Assembly: GCA_051362555.1 (NCBI GenBank)
Contig: CM120645.1
Location: 6,200,001 to 6,264,000, forward strand
Direction: 5' to 3'
DNA from: Lingula anatina
Lineage: Eukaryota; Animalia; Brachiopoda
DNA length: 64,000 bases
The translations under genes and the position numbers were made by a program. Numbering within the stretch: position 1 is the first letter of the stretch; each line of letters starts with the position of its first letter. The notes under the pieces are model-generated. The model did no database searches. It was given only the letters and a program-made list of their open reading frames with translations, and was not told the DNA's origin. Of the stretch, positions 12,501 through 26,985 are shown piece after piece.

Positions 12501-15500
12501 GGATGAGGTTGTCAACCTGGTCAGCCGCAGGACTTTGTCATTGGTCAGCAGGACAGGTTTAACTGATGACCAACAGGTGACCAGGTCGGGAACCTACCAC
12601 TGCATGGTCAAGCAAGGTAATCTATGTCATAATTCATGCTACTCTGACCTCATGCCATACTACAGTTAGTGAAGGAAGAACTACCCTCAAGTGCTTTTTA
12701 ATGATCCCTTTTCTGACACTATCAAATGCAGTATATGTAACTTTATTTTAAATTGTCATTTTGACTATTATTTAAGTTTTACCACACAGAAATGAATATC
12801 AATTTATCACATACTTTTCTTAAATTATTTGCTTTCTTCTTCCCTTATTTTCTTATTTTTATAAGTCTACAAAATATATTATACAAATATGTTACAAAAT
12901 TTTAATAAAAAGGGGGTTGGGAGAAACAAGTGACCAACAGGTCCACAGCATCAACTTCCATCTTGTTGGTCAGTGCCAAGTTGTCCAGACAACTTCTTTG
13001 ACCAGTGGATCGCCTCCTTGCTTCTATTACTCCTTATCAAAACATACTTTTGTGGCAACAAATTCACTGGAAATAAGATACAAAGGCCAAGGCAGGGCTA
13101 CTTTGATTTCAAATGTTGACACAAACTTCTAAGTTTACTCGATGATCAATAACTATCCAGCTTACAATAGCAGAGGCCATGCGCCGGTTATGTGGGGTTA
13201 TGTCACTGCGAAACTTGCCCGATGGCAGACGCCAAAAAAAGTGGTCTTCGTGTTGGGTAATACCATGCAGAAAACCCAACTGATGGTAATCTGCAACTTA
13301 TGACCCAGAGAGAAACATGGTTCTTATCAAAATGTTGAAATTGAAGAATACTGGCTCCCATAGTCTTTTCTTTTACTCCTAAGTCTGGCTCTTTCCTTGT
13401 TGCCTACTCTGTGTGTGGACTTTCAGGAACAACTGCTTTGTCCATTGACAGGAGTGCAAACTTTGAGAGCTCAAACTTCATTTGCTAGAGCAGAGTTGAA
13501 GTCGAACTCGAGCAACCATGAAAACCCTCCCCCATATCCATGACAACACTTACACTGGCATTTAAAAAAAATCTCCCTATAAAAATTATTTAAGCTGGCA
13601 AAAGAAATTCTTTAAAAAAAAAAGCTACACTTTTGCTAATTCATCACTAAATTGGTGAAACGCAATTAGTTAGCAGCCTCAGAACTGGTAATACCAATTG
13701 TTTATGCTGTCTTACTTGCAAATCACATCCACTCATAATGATATTAAGATTCTTACACTTCCATCATTAACTGTCTTCAAGGATTTCTCTTGCAATTTTT
13801 TTCTACTTATCATCATTCGTACAATGAAACTCTAAGGACAATGTTTGACAAGTTTAATTAATGTTTGGGAATTTGCTACTGCTACTGGGTACAAGGTTGA
13901 ATACAGTTTGAAGTGTGGAAAGTAGGCAAGAATTGAATCAGCAATGTAAATTGACACAGCACCAAAAACAGCTGGCTAAAATTAAAACAAATTTACTATT
14001 CTGCTTCAAAGGAGCAAAGTACATCCCAAGGCTTAATGAGACAATTAAGAGAAAGTCAATTTCTGTGTTAATTGCTTTTAAGGTAAACATCCATCACAGA
14101 TAATGTAAAAACTGAAGGTAAAAACTCCTACAGGGAAAACCATTTTAATATACTACTTCACATTTAAAACTCAAAAGGCAACACCCTTACAACTCATCTT
14201 CATTACATTAAGCAATAAGTCTAATGCTACTGGATTAAATAAGCAAAGCCTAGACACAAACACATTTTTGACCATTTCAGGGCACTTTTCATTTAGCAAA
14301 ACAGATGATTTTATGTCTGATTTGACTAAATACAAATACAATTGGCCTGAAGGGTAGGAGGTGTCCACCAAGTACGCACCTGACAGGGAATTAAGCTGTG
14401 ATCAGCCATGGTTGACATGCCATGGCTGTCGACACTGAAGTTGTCTGGCAACCCGATGATTGCCTGTCACTTGAGACAGAGTTACGAACATGCCACAATA
14501 GAGATCTGAATGATGTGACACTGCTGTTCATCTGATATACTGAGAACTTATGGTGTAGACTGCAATTTATATTAAAATTCGTGAAGAATTTTCAAGTCAG
14601 TATTGCTCTATTTAACCTTTTTTATCAGTTATAAGCTTTCTGTTCCATTTTGTTCTGTTTTCTGTGCAAAAGTAACAGAAAATACCGAGACTAGAAACAA
14701 ATGTCTAACAGAATTTCTCAAAAGCAATACATCTTTTTGTCAAAATAAAGCAGGTAAAAGAATCACTACATTGCATAGAGAACTACATGTCACGGCAATT
14801 ACCACACCAGACAAAAATGGACAAGGTTTTATTGAAGGTTTCCCATCACAATGAGCCAGATGGGCCTCCGAGGCGAATGTCTACAAGTTGGGTTATTCTT
14901 AAAGTACCCCACAAACAAGGGACAGTTTTCATTTGTTACGCGGTGTTTACCATGATCCTGGCATGTAGGAAATGTTGGGCAGTAAGACGGGGAACAAACA
15001 TTGTACAACATCTCTGGAGGCCAAACAAATAGCAGGATTTGTGCCTAAACCATTCTTCTTCCATCGTCAACAACAGTCTTATTGAAGATTTATACTACAC
15101 CTTGTCTGGGGCCCTATTAACTCATTTGAAAATGCCAAACTGAATACCTGTCACAGTTTTGTAAAATTCCATTTTTGGGAGCCCCTTTGGAGATGTTGTA
15201 GTTTCTCTTTGGCTCTGAGGACTGGATTAAATGTAAATTGTCATTTCCAGTTAAGCTACCTGTAAGTTAGAGCCTCTTACCTGACACACTCCTCTTCACA
15301 CATGACAGAAGACTGGAGAACCCAGAGCCTTTAATAGGTGATGAAGAAAAAAAATGCACAAAAGGATTTGATCCAAACCATATCATTTTATAGCTTAAAT
15401 GACTACAGGAGAGTTGACAAGTGGAATAATACCTGACAATATTTCTGCTTTGGCAAATTGCCCAAATTTTTGTGCCCTCTCTATTTGAAAGAACTAGAGA

Positions 15501-18500
15501 GGGTTGCTTATAATTCTACACTCATACCTGGGTGCAAAATTCTATTCTCTCCGCTGACCTATTTGTGCTTGTTCAACTCGAAACCTTATTTTTTTGCTTT
15601 TCAGATCTACCTGAACTCTGGCTATTTGATGCTCTGTTTGCTACCAATTATTTGTAATATAATAATCATCTGGATATTACTGAAACTACAGCATGTGATA
15701 TCACTGGCATCAGAAATGTGAACCAAATACAAAATAAATCAAAGGACTGCAATCTTTCAATTAAATACCTTTCCTGTGTGTTGGTAGACTCAGTTCAAAA
15801 GAACATTAAACTCTGCATACAGGTCACATTACTGAATCAGAATTGTAAAGCAGATTAAAATTCTAAGATGAAAGAATCTGCCAGGGTTGAGCGAAACAAA
15901 TTTATTCCAGTTACTTTTGGATGGTTGATTTATTGTTAGCAACAAGTTCTTTGGTGGTTGGATTTTAATTTTGGTTACTTTTCCAGGGCAGGAAATACTG
16001 CAAGACAAAATAAAAAGAAAACTGATAAAAGTCTTTTGGAAGTTTCTTCGATAAAATCTCTCCTGAACGTCTGCTGACCGCAAGATCCCATCAAGCCCTG
16101 TATCCAGGTTTTTCATGGCCATAGGGAAGAGGCCTGAACTCTAACTAAAGGACACAAGAAATTCTTGCACAGTTTTAAAACAGTGGTCTTTTATTAAAAC
16201 CACAGCAAGACACAGAAATAAGAAATATTTCCTATTAAAATGAAAATGTACTGAATGACTCTGAAGTTGGTATTTCACACAGCATGTTACTGTATGTTGC
16301 TTTTTTTACCCAATCGACAGACTTTATCTCATATTTAGCCATAAAAAAAGAATGCAAATCATCAACTTCTCCCGACCTTAGTTTTACAGATGTTTGAAAT
16401 GTTAATTTATGCCAATTTTAATAACCTTTAATTGGTTATATTATTTAAAGCAGGTATACGTAACAAAGCATTCTCTCATCCCAAAATTCTGAATCTGAAA
16501 AGCGAGAGCATGAAAATATCAAATGCTAACATTAACATGCCCTCACGAAACTTCATTATACAATGTGTGCAAACAGAATTTGAATTTCAAGTCAACAGCA
16601 GGCACGGACCCCCCAGGGCAGCATGCTTTACTTGATATGTGAAGTCTGCACAATGTATCAGAAGACGTGTGTGCACATACTTGCAAAAAGAATGGTGATG
16701 TATGAGTAACAGGTCATCATTGGTTTTAAAAGATTGTAGTCTAAACTGTATGGCTTGGCTCTTTTTTTTTTTAATTTTTCGTGTCATAATTTCAGTGAAT
16801 GTCTCAAAATAAAATACTAGTAAGCTATTTCTTTGATTAATGAAGATAACAGAAACAATCATTCTGCATTTGTGATTTCCTTATTTCATCTGTATATAAT
16901 CATGTACAATGTAAGGCCCAAGTCTTGAACTCAACTGAAAGCCAAAGAACACAGATTAGAAGAATTTCCTGCATCTCCATGATATGTAATCAAGGAATAA
17001 GGTGGTTGACACTAACTGTGGGACAACAGGGACAACGAGCTTCCCAACCTGGCAACAGAAATTTACATGCATTCAAACCACCAACTGACTAATGTAGGCC
17101 CATGATTTTAGCTAAAACAGGGCTGGATATAGTTTCAACTTAGTAGCAATGCATTTGAATGCCATTTCAATTTAGTCATGCATTTCAGATCTAAATTATG
17201 AATGAACTAAACCGAACAGCATTACAATTAAAGAAAGGAGCTGCTAACAACATAATCATTCCAATTTTAGTCCATTACAAATATCCCCTTCCCTTCAGAA
17301 TCAAATATATCTCAACCCAATAAATAGTATGTCCGGTAATTAGTTGACAAGCACCTGCTTCATGGGATAAACAGAAAGCATTAAGTAGCCTAGCAATAAT
17401 CTTGTTGTCAATAAAACATCAACATAGCTGAAGACAATAATAATTCCTCTGTTGCCCCTGACTTGACTGGGATTAAGCTGGTGTAAATATGTATGACTTT
17501 ATACTTTGTGAGGAGGCTTGCCTGAGGGTGCGTTCAGAACTGTTCACCTACAAAATGTCCTGTACTCGATTGAGTTTAAGGTGGAATTAATGCATACAGT
17601 ATTTAGTAAGAGACCTGTCCGTAGGCACATTTAGAACTGTTCAAAAATAAACTAGAAACCTAACTGGTTTTACCAAACTCCATAGATTGCTTGATAAATA
17701 TGCAGGATTTATATTTTTTGTGTGGCAAAGGTCCTTAAGTAGTAAACTGCCCAAACCTGGACACGAGGCGCATTGACATTGAAGTCAGGTTGACACTTCT
17801 GTTTTCCTGCTCAACACCATGCATATTAATGACCACAAAATATGACTAAATTTGAAACACAGAGGAAATGGATTTGGTGCCTAGAAGGGTCAACTAATCT
17901 TCACTGTAAATGCACCTTATAAGACCAAATCTGTATTGTGTCTGGCCAGTCTTGAATGCACCCACGGGCTTGGTCTGGTATTACAGGTGGGGTCTCCACT
18001 ATTACTGATAGGGGGACAAAGGGGGGATTAAAGCATACTGTACACCATTTTGGAGAGAAGATAGGGACTGTGGGAGAGGGAGAGTGATAAAACATCAGCC
18101 AAAAACATTGAGCAAAACTGTTGGGCAGAACATTATAAAGCAGAATAGTGATCAAGATAATGTCTGTGCATAGTCTGAATCCAAACAGCACAAGGATCTT
18201 TCGTAAGATAGCTATAGATAGTCCCTGATTATTCAGAACAGTATAGCAAAGATGTATGACATTCGGCATTTCCAAAGAAACACCTGTAAAGACCTCTTTA
18301 ATTAATGTCTGCCTTTCCCCTTCTCCCAATCCACACCTTAGTCCAATACTTCCATGCACCAGTGCTATATTTTATATAATTTTTTTTTTCAAAAAGTTTC
18401 CCCCCATGATTTAATTCCCTACTACTACAACTAAGACATGCACTACAGTGGCTGCCATTACCAGCATGACAACAGGTGCGAATGCCATGCAAGCACCTGT

Positions 18501-21500
18501 CACACACTGAGTGATACAATGGCTACCTGACACTACTTCCCTGCCTTCCATTATGGTCACTCTGCCTTCACCTGCCAACTCCAGGCGACTGTCATCTTTG
18601 GTTTCATAAGATCTTTGACTTTATATGATAGCATGTTTTCTTTAATATACCCCATGAACAGATACAGGTATGGCTCTTGTTATGCTCACCTAGGGCCTCA
18701 CCTGACTATTATCTATATTAACTGAATTAATCCATGTCGTACATGTACCTTAATAATGATAAATATAAGCCCATTCTTTTTTTTTCTTTTTGTAAAAACT
18801 GATACAGTTTAGAATATCATTAGATGGGTTATAAGTCAATAGAGACTGAACTATGACTTCAAAATATGCTCCTCTAACTGTTACTCAAATGACACCAATC
18901 CAAGAGTCAATTTTAGACCACAATGTTTGTCTTCCGTATCTTTAAACATGTAATGTACACATGGTGAAAACCGAGGTGCAAGCTGGCAATAAAACAGCTA
19001 TCCTAACAAAACCCACCGATTAGTGCATTCTCTTAGTGAAATAAAAATGACCAATTTTTTTTTCAGCTGAGGCCCAAATAACCCCTGGTTCAAAATCTAT
19101 AGAAAACCCTGATCATGGCAGGTTCAAATTTCACCAGTAATTAACATCATTCTTCAAAATTTGTTAATATCCCACATTTTAGACCACATTCAAATGTCTT
19201 CCCATGGGTCAACAGTTTTCTTTTATCTCACAGTAACCATCATGGTCAGCATGAATGAAAATATGGGATGAGCTAATTTCACCTGCAATTTATTCCATTC
19301 TTCTCCTGAGTGTTAATGTCCCATCCTTATTTGAGCCCGCATGGCAGACACATTTCTCCTAATTAAATAGACGTGTTACATCTGGGGACAAGTACACAAA
19401 ACAAACCACAATGAGGTGAAAGTGGATGGAAGAAGCCACTGCACCTCTTTTCCTGTCAACTTAGGCAGCATTTAAATGGCATTTGTAATTCTGTGTTACT
19501 GAATTCATTAATGGTTACTCACAGATCAAAAGTTAAGTACATTTTCAAATTGGGATAATGTTTCATTGAACCTGTAAAGAATTAAAATGTAAAAATGTAA
19601 AATATTCAAGAATCACTATATTTAATACATTAAGACAGCCCATGACTTGGGGGGGATATATTTAAGGGTTTAGGGTGGGTGAAGTAAGAGGGTATATTCA
19701 AACATTTATTTTTTTATCTGATTACTGGGGTATCTATGTTAATTGCATTATAATATAAAACAGTGCATCAATCTTGGAGTGACTCAAACCCCATAAGAGG
19801 AAAGAAAGTAGCACGATAAATGGCAATAAGACGCACTACCTGACTGTAAGCACAACATATACGGCCCTTTATTGCAATAAAAAACCCTTCTTATTGATCA
19901 AAAATAACCTTTTATTATATTAAACATGCTTCCATTGTGTGCACAGTTCGCCCATTTCCACCTAGATACAGCGCTATCGGCAAACTTTCCAATCTATAAC
20001 CACAGCGTAATACGTTGAATACAATGGCGTCAATCAAGCAAATAAAACAGTAAAAAGGAATCAGGAAACTGCCTAACCATGCTGTCATTCTGTACGTAAC
20101 AATAAGCAGACCACATCTCCGCCCTTGTAACACTTCTAGTACAACCTCTTTTTGTCACCTTAACGCGCTGACAATGAACGTGTTACTGCGATGTAGATAA
20201 TACACCTGGTTTACTCCCCCCTTGCTGTGCACTCGTTAAACATTTAAAGCACATGTCTTAAGGTGCATTTCTACTACTAGTAGATCTATATGTAAGCCTT
20301 AACTAAGTTTATAGCTACATAACCTGACTGTGTGCCTTGCACGATCATGTTTTTCAGCTCTTTATCAATACGTCAGCCTCATTCTCGTCAGTTAAAATGT
20401 TTCAACTTATATCAGTATTTTCATCCTCAAAAGAGTTACAGCTCTATAAGAACATGCATACCTTTTTTTTCAAAACTAAAACTTCACATAACCCTGTTCT
20501 GAACACAATATCAAACACAATGCTCATAAATTTCATTTACATCCTTTTTTTGTTTTGTTTTGTTCACCCAAAAATCTGGCCTTTGCCCAAGTCCCAATAG
20601 CCATAGCATGCCTGTCAGTGCTGGGTCCTAGATCTAGCTGCATGAACAGACTCCGTTCTGTCTAACCCTGCACGCAATGTAAAGAAACACCACGAACTCC
20701 CCCCTAGGCACACCAGCTACACGACAGGCTAAAGTACGAAATGAAAGACTTTCTAACAGAGTTGTCAACTGGTAGTTATCAGGTTGTCAATTACAAGTAT
20801 TCTGTTCCACCTGCTTGCTGACCGCAGAATGACGGAGTAGTGGGGGACAATACACTCCATATACATGGGCAATCTATGGATTCTTATATTGGACACTTTT
20901 TATATACACAAGGAGACCCGATTCTTGTGTCAACTAAACAGATGTAAAACTTTAGCCAAATCCATATCCCTGGTTAGAACAAATTGATAAATTACCCATT
21001 TTAAAACCAGTATTTTCAATTTTTTGTTACCCAAAAAGTGAATTATTGTCAGCATTTTGTGAAAAAATATATGGCAATCTGAGCCTTGATATGTTTGCAT
21101 GTAAAATTGGACCCAGCATGGGGTCCTGCAGATACATTTGTTTCTCATATGGTTCAGTGGTGTTAGAACCAGAGCTTATTTCAGAAGAGAAAATCACACT
21201 GGTGTGGTGGTTTTGGTACTACATTTTGAGTTAACAGAGGTCAAACAAAGTACTATTGTTAATGCAAATGAGAAAGCAGCCTTATCTTCTGTCAAATTCT
21301 ATCTTTTTAAGTTCTAATTATGATTCTATATGACCTCCTTTCAAGAGAGCCAATGTCCTTTAATAAAGTTCCAAAAACATGCTTATAATTGAACTTATTC
21401 TGTTTATGTTTATCTGTAATTATTCCAAAGCACAAAAAAATTGGGGACCATCTTTTATACATATATCAGATCAGTCCCCTTATCAGTCTCAGTGAAAAGT

Positions 21501-24500
21501 TGTTCCCAGGTAAAGAATCAGTAAATATTCAACCATTCTCCGTCTGTCACATATACAGATATGTCTCCTTGTTAGACATGACCACAGATTATGAGATTAG
21601 ACCAGATTAACCTGGCAAAGACTTGATGGCAGGTCAAGTGGTGGTTTATATTAATATTGTCTCTACTTTTCATATAAACTGACATCTTAATTTGACACAA
21701 AAAAATAAAAAATTACTAGATATCAATATACTTGTATTACCAGATCCTAAGAATTACAGCTTTGTATAAGTAACTGGCTCGCGCTGCCAGTAATTACGCC
21801 GCGGGACATTCAGGGCACAGACCGTGATCATAAGATACCGCGAAAAGAAAATAAATTTTTAGAAAATAGACTTTCCATGTGAACGAAGCCCTAGACACAA
21901 ACAAGGCCAGGTATGAATCCCAGCTATTGGTAGTAAGAGGCTCCTCTGAGTAAACAGTGATGAACCTCAAATGGGATCAGTGATGATCTTATAACAGGAT
22001 CTAAGCTAATCTGTTTTATTCACCAACTGATACAGGATTTAATCTCCACAACACATGGTGAAACACACCTTTACTTTAAACCTCAGTGAGTCTTTAGGCA
22101 TGTTTCCAGTGGAGATGAGTTGACCTGACTCAGTTTGAACCATTCTAGAAGGCAGTGTTATGATAAGTTCACCACAGAGCAAATCTTATCCCCTTTCTAC
22201 CCCGCCCACTGTTAGTAACATAGTAGTGAGCCTAACACCATAAGACCAGCTTGTAATGAGCTAATCATAATCTGATGAGGTTGGTGGCAATGAGTAGGGC
22301 CAAACCCAACTTAAAAGGACACACACCTCTATTTCTGCTTTAGGTTGGTATTAACACCTCAGTTCAGACAAAAAGTGGGTGACAGGAGACCCATATTCCC
22401 TCTGGCACTTCTACCTTCTAAGTGCATTCCAATTTCAAAATAGCTCAGATTAAAATTCGCCTGGCTTTGGCTTTATACTTTTCACTTTTACACCTTGCTG
22501 TTCTGATATATTCACTGTTCACATTAGTCAAACAACTCTGACATTTAAACCTTCCTTTAGCTGCTTTGGGGTAAATGGGTGATGCATATTTATAAATCAG
22601 TCTCAGGCAAAACAGTACTATTTCCTTCTTATCTTTGAGACAAAATGGACAAGACATGCATTTTCACTCACTCTCTTAGGGATGTTGATAGACTTCTAAT
22701 TACAGATCTCAGTTTGACTTCCGTTTTTCACCCAGCCTCTTAAAGATGTTGACAGATTTCTAATTATGTGGATTGGTTTTATTTTACACATGGAAACTAT
22801 TTTGTGCACCACCTCCAAACTATTTTTAATTTAAAACTTAAGTTGAGATAATTTTATCACCCCCCCCCCCCCAAAAAAAAAGGGAAAAAAGTTACTTTTT
22901 GAAAAAGAGCTCATCATTTCATTCCCTACATTGCAGTCACCCCCCCCCCCCCCCCCAATCTAATGGTTACCCTTTACCTGGGAGACATACAAGTACCATC
23001 AATTTGTACAGTTTATAAAGTCTGATGACAACATGTTATATTACCCAATGCCCTTATCAGTTGGACCTAAGGGGAAGAAGGCACCATTCCTATGCTTCAA
23101 GCAATGCTCACCATGCAGTTTCTTGAGGCCTAACAGTAACTCAATAACACCTGCCCTAAGGTAGTACACGTACTACCTGAGGACATTCCAAACAGTTTCC
23201 TTAATTCCCACCTTTAAGGTTCTTTGAACCTCTCAAAGGGTGCATATCAAAACCACTTCACATAACATCCCATCTATCTAGACACACGTTAGATAACTCA
23301 AACCCATCTGCTGTGATTTGTTCAAATAATGATTTATATGGTTTACATTTGACATTTAAGTGAAAAGCGGATGGAAAAATACATTGATGTACAATATATT
23401 GTCTTATGATGGGGATCTGATGTTAACTAACACCTTATTGATGGAAGTTTAAAAATCCAAGACCAAAAGCCTCTAAGGTTATACTTTGGAAGTTATAAAA
23501 GAAAAACAGAATGATAGCTTATAGTCTAGTATTCATATAATCAACTGTAATTCCCACACCACATAAGAATTATGCACACAACATTATATCAATATCGGTT
23601 TATATTGAATAATATCTTACCTTCCGTGACCAAGCATCTCTCTCTGGGCTTATCAAGGAACGACTACAAGTTTCATATCCTCTACCAGCCCAGCCTTCAT
23701 CTGGGGTAAAATGGAGGGGCAGTGATTCTGCACTAGTATTACCATTTGGTAGTAATTACACATAATAATACCCACCCGTGATCAGTGAAAGGGAATTTTA
23801 ATTGGTCTCTTTTCACCTAGACGTCTGTGATCTCGGAGCTACTATGCCAGGTGATGATGAAGGGATACAAAAATGATATTGGGATAATTGCTATCTAGCA
23901 CCATCTCTCTGTGTGTAATGATAACCAGTATCAAGAGATAAGAGCTATACTATGGGGACGGGTTATTAGATTCCAAGGGCACATTCCTGTACCTCGATTT
24001 AAGTGTTAGGACACAGATAATGTACTCTACATATAGCAAGGACAGATGTCAGGTAGGGTTTGGGTTTAGGGTTGGGTTTCAACTGTTCTGAATTTTTGGA
24101 AGAAAATTATCCCCTCCCCAATTATCAGCCATCAAAAAGTGATCCCCAAGTTCTAGTTTATAAGTGTTTGGATAAAAAATTGATTCCAATTTTAATAGTA
24201 TTTGACAGTGTATGTTATGGTGTCTCTCAAAAAAGGAGAGAGAATGAGATGTTACAAACAGTACAAATTCTGTGTTCTTAATTTACAAGAGAAGACATCT
24301 CTGTGTTGTTTTCAATGTTCAACATTTTCATTGATTAACATCTGGACTTGACTTGGGTTCATATGAAAACTGTGACACAGCCCCTTCACATAGTGACATC
24401 TTAGAGCTGCATCTGCTTGAAGCGAAGATCAAAAAGTTATCTATGTAAGGCGGAGATTTGTCTTTCTACCTAATCCTCTATGTCCTGGTAGAGTCTCGTT

Positions 24501-26985
24501 CATAATAGAAATAATCCTTCGATCTGTTGACATATTTATCTGTGGACACTGAGGGAGGTTTTATTCAAGTCTGACCATGCTGTGGGACAACTAGTAACCA
24601 GGATCTCTTAAACCATGACATTTGCCATTTTGTACATTCCTCTGTGATTCTTCTATCTTACAGGATAAAATATAATATTAATTGCAACAAACGTACAATT
24701 TCTTTTATTAATCTCCCAGCTGTTAATGGATGTGACCCCAAATCACAGTTTAGCCCATTTCTATTTAAAAGATAATGTGATCATTATACAGCTTAGCTTT
24801 AGCATGAAATGCCATATGGCCAATCATGCAAATTATAAAACTAAAATATAATATCAAAATGGATAACTTAAAATATGTGCAGTTGTTTGTCTCAAATATG
24901 TATAATTACCTATGGCCTGTGGTAGGTCTGGTAGATTTAAAAAATCAAACTGAAAACTAGTTTTTTTCAGTGACAGAAAAATATCACCAAGTTTTAGCAC
25001 CCTGACAGTGATGCATCAAGTTAAGGACCTGCCGTGTAAAAGACACTTAACTCAGTCACATATACACATGCTGGCGTTGAAGAGTTCAAGACACATCCGC
25101 TTATTGTCGCTCCCAAACTTGTGGAGAATATTGTCAACAAATACCACAACCGCAAATCAATTGTTAAAATACAGTCCAAATAATTTCTTATCAGACAATG
25201 GAGCATATTGACCGGGTCATACATGGTGTGAAAATTGCCCTTTGTTACACACAGATGAATATGATGAGCATCAGCAAAGGTGTTTTTCAAGACTAGTTTT
25301 TAATTTCATAAGAACAACATTTCTTTTTTGCTCATCCCGAGAATTTTCACATACCTTTTTAGCAACGAGATAAACTCTACACTAGTAAGCATAATCTACT
25401 TCACAGTTAAAATCTCCTGAAATCTACCCTAAATCAAGACTCAAAACTAAAACCACAGCAGATTGAGTGATATTATCTTTTGATTGGTGTTTATCTTAGA
25501 TCTACCAGCTTTCTAGCTATCACTTAATTAAACCAAACCCTGGTCTTAATCAAGGTTTAATGAAATAAATGATGGGTCCTATCATATCTCTCTGTTCATT
25601 TAATACCCACCAAATTGGATTACGACAACAAACAAGGCAGGCTGATTAAGTAATAGCAATGGAATCCTCCTTAGGTACACTAGTTAGCATACTAACGGGG
25701 CAAAATTGTAAGGCATGTTGAAGGATCTGAATATAAATGGTCTAATTTTCATCATAATGCAGACTTTAAGCCAGCCTTAATGCAGAACAATGTAGAGAGA
25801 CTTGATTGTAATTTATGATGTTTGAGATAAGATATCCTGGACGACTTTTTTGTGACCCAATTAATATCCAGGGCTCTGCATTACATGTTCTTACCTCAAT
25901 TTCTTATCTAAATTCAACTTTAAGCACAGATAAAGCAGTTCTATTACCCTTTTTTTTTTAGACTAAAAAAAATCGAAAAAAAATCTAAATTCTTAGAAGT
26001 GACAGGGTTTTAGTGAAGTCTATCTTTGTAACAGCTGAATACAACAAAGAACTTCTTTTTCATCTTTTCCATTTTAAAGTGGCTGAGATTCTGAACAAAT
26101 CCACGTCATTTGACTTATTTATAATGACTCATACTTTCAAGTCTTCATGAAGACACCATGTTCAATTTCAATACAGCTGTACTATCTCTATTGTAGTCCC
26201 AGTGGAACAGCTGTTCCTTGATCTTATATTAAACCAGTTCCACATACTCTGTGATAATATTGCTGGTCTTCCCTGGGGTGTTCTATAGAATACATCGATC
26301 CCTTTCATTAAGTTTCTAAATTAACACTATCACAATATGGTAGTGACAGATATAGCTGGTGGCTAATTTCTTATTTTTGACTTTCTGAAACTGGCCTTAG
26401 GGACACGAACTTCTTTCGTGATCTTGAGTAATGTGGTGATCAGAAAATGAATCCTAAGCAATGTTTTGACTTATCAACAATAGTCAATTAACACAGTCGA
26501 GGTCATTTCTATTCTTTCTTTCCTGTTTATTTCCAATACTTCAACTCATAACAAATAACACTCACTGATGTGTCGATCATACCCATACCATACCGCTACC
26601 CTCTACCAGGGCGACTGATAGATTTTTACAGATATTCACAGATATGTCTCTAGCTAGATAGATGGTCATTTTGGGCTGAAGTCATATATCTGTGAATATC
26701 TGTAAAAATCTATCAGTCGCCCTGGTAGAGGGTACCATACCGCTATATAATACAATATATAATACTAGTATTTTTTCCTCACCTCCAATAGTGGGCCTCA
26801 AATCCTGGGCACTGATCTTCACAATTCTGGCAGGCCAATCTAGGCTTGCTTGCATCCATCATATGCTGCTGATGTTGAAGCTTTATATTACTATCCATAA
26901 CTTGTGAATCCATTGTATTATCTTTAATACTAATCCGTGGTTTGGTGCTATTATCCATGTTCCTTGGTTCTTCCAAGTGTGCCAT
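463..26985 (-). CDS. prickle: prickle (Cys-rich + PET + LIM planar cell polarity protein), 5' portion, four coding exons; continues beyond the left window edge
   Basis: Spliced in-frame translation contains the Prickle signature [33 protein letters not shown], the PET domain ([19 protein letters not shown]...RKREALGRG) and LIM1 ([19 protein letters not shown]...[18 protein letters not shown]). Confidence 0.95.
750..791. repeat. (CT)n microsatellite
   Basis: seen directly. Confidence 0.95.
2598..2849 (-). CDS. prickle: prickle coding exon 3 (PET domain)
   Basis: TTTGTAG| [42 protein letters not shown]...TMQGTSCYE |GTATGT; 252 nt. Confidence 0.96.
3561..3636. repeat. Compound (GT)n/(GA)n microsatellite
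   Basis: seen directly. Confidence 0.9.
10196..10428. mobile_element. Old degenerate MITE-like element
   Basis: Imperfect inverted arms CATTCCCAGAGATTTAGATTGATCT vs AGATCGATCTAAATATCTATGAGAATG, and CCCTGGGGGTTCACGCTAAATTG vs CAATCTAGTGAGACTCCCCAGGG. Confidence 0.5.
10850..11440 (-). repeat. Degenerate tandem array derived from the 3' end and donor of prickle coding exon 2
   Basis: Plus-strand variants of CTTACCTGATCTGGTTTAA(G/A)(C/T)CCTC at about 11417 (true site), 11344, 11207, 11176, 11113, 11084 and 10856. Confidence 0.7.
11422..11599 (-). CDS. prickle: prickle coding exon 2
   Basis: TTTTTCAG| [59 protein letters not shown] |GTAAGA; 178 nt; this frame is absent from the ORF track. Confidence 0.95.
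26597..26734. mobile_element. MITE: 138 bp, perfect 49 bp terminal inverted repeats, 9 bp target-site duplication CCATACCGC
   Basis: TACCCTCTACCAGGGCGACTGATAGATTTTTACAGATATTCACAGATAT (26597-26645) and its exact reverse complement (26686-26734); direct repeat at 26588-26596 and 26735-26743. Confidence 0.9.
26783..26985 (-). CDS. prickle: prickle coding exon 1 (exon starts at acceptor 27007; N-terminal Cys-rich region)
   Basis: ATAATGG start context; MAHLEEP...[19 protein letters not shown] |GTGAGG, phase 2, matching the next exon. Confidence 0.88.

Noticed and set aside
17901-18359. 152 aa minus-strand ORF inside the prickle intron
   Set aside because: No recognisable domain, and I identified no splice sites linking it to the prickle exons.
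19915-21850. Small CpG-enriched patches (about 19930-20190 and 21775-21845) as alternative prickle promoters
   Set aside because: I could not tie them to a convincing first exon and donor; CAGE data would be needed.
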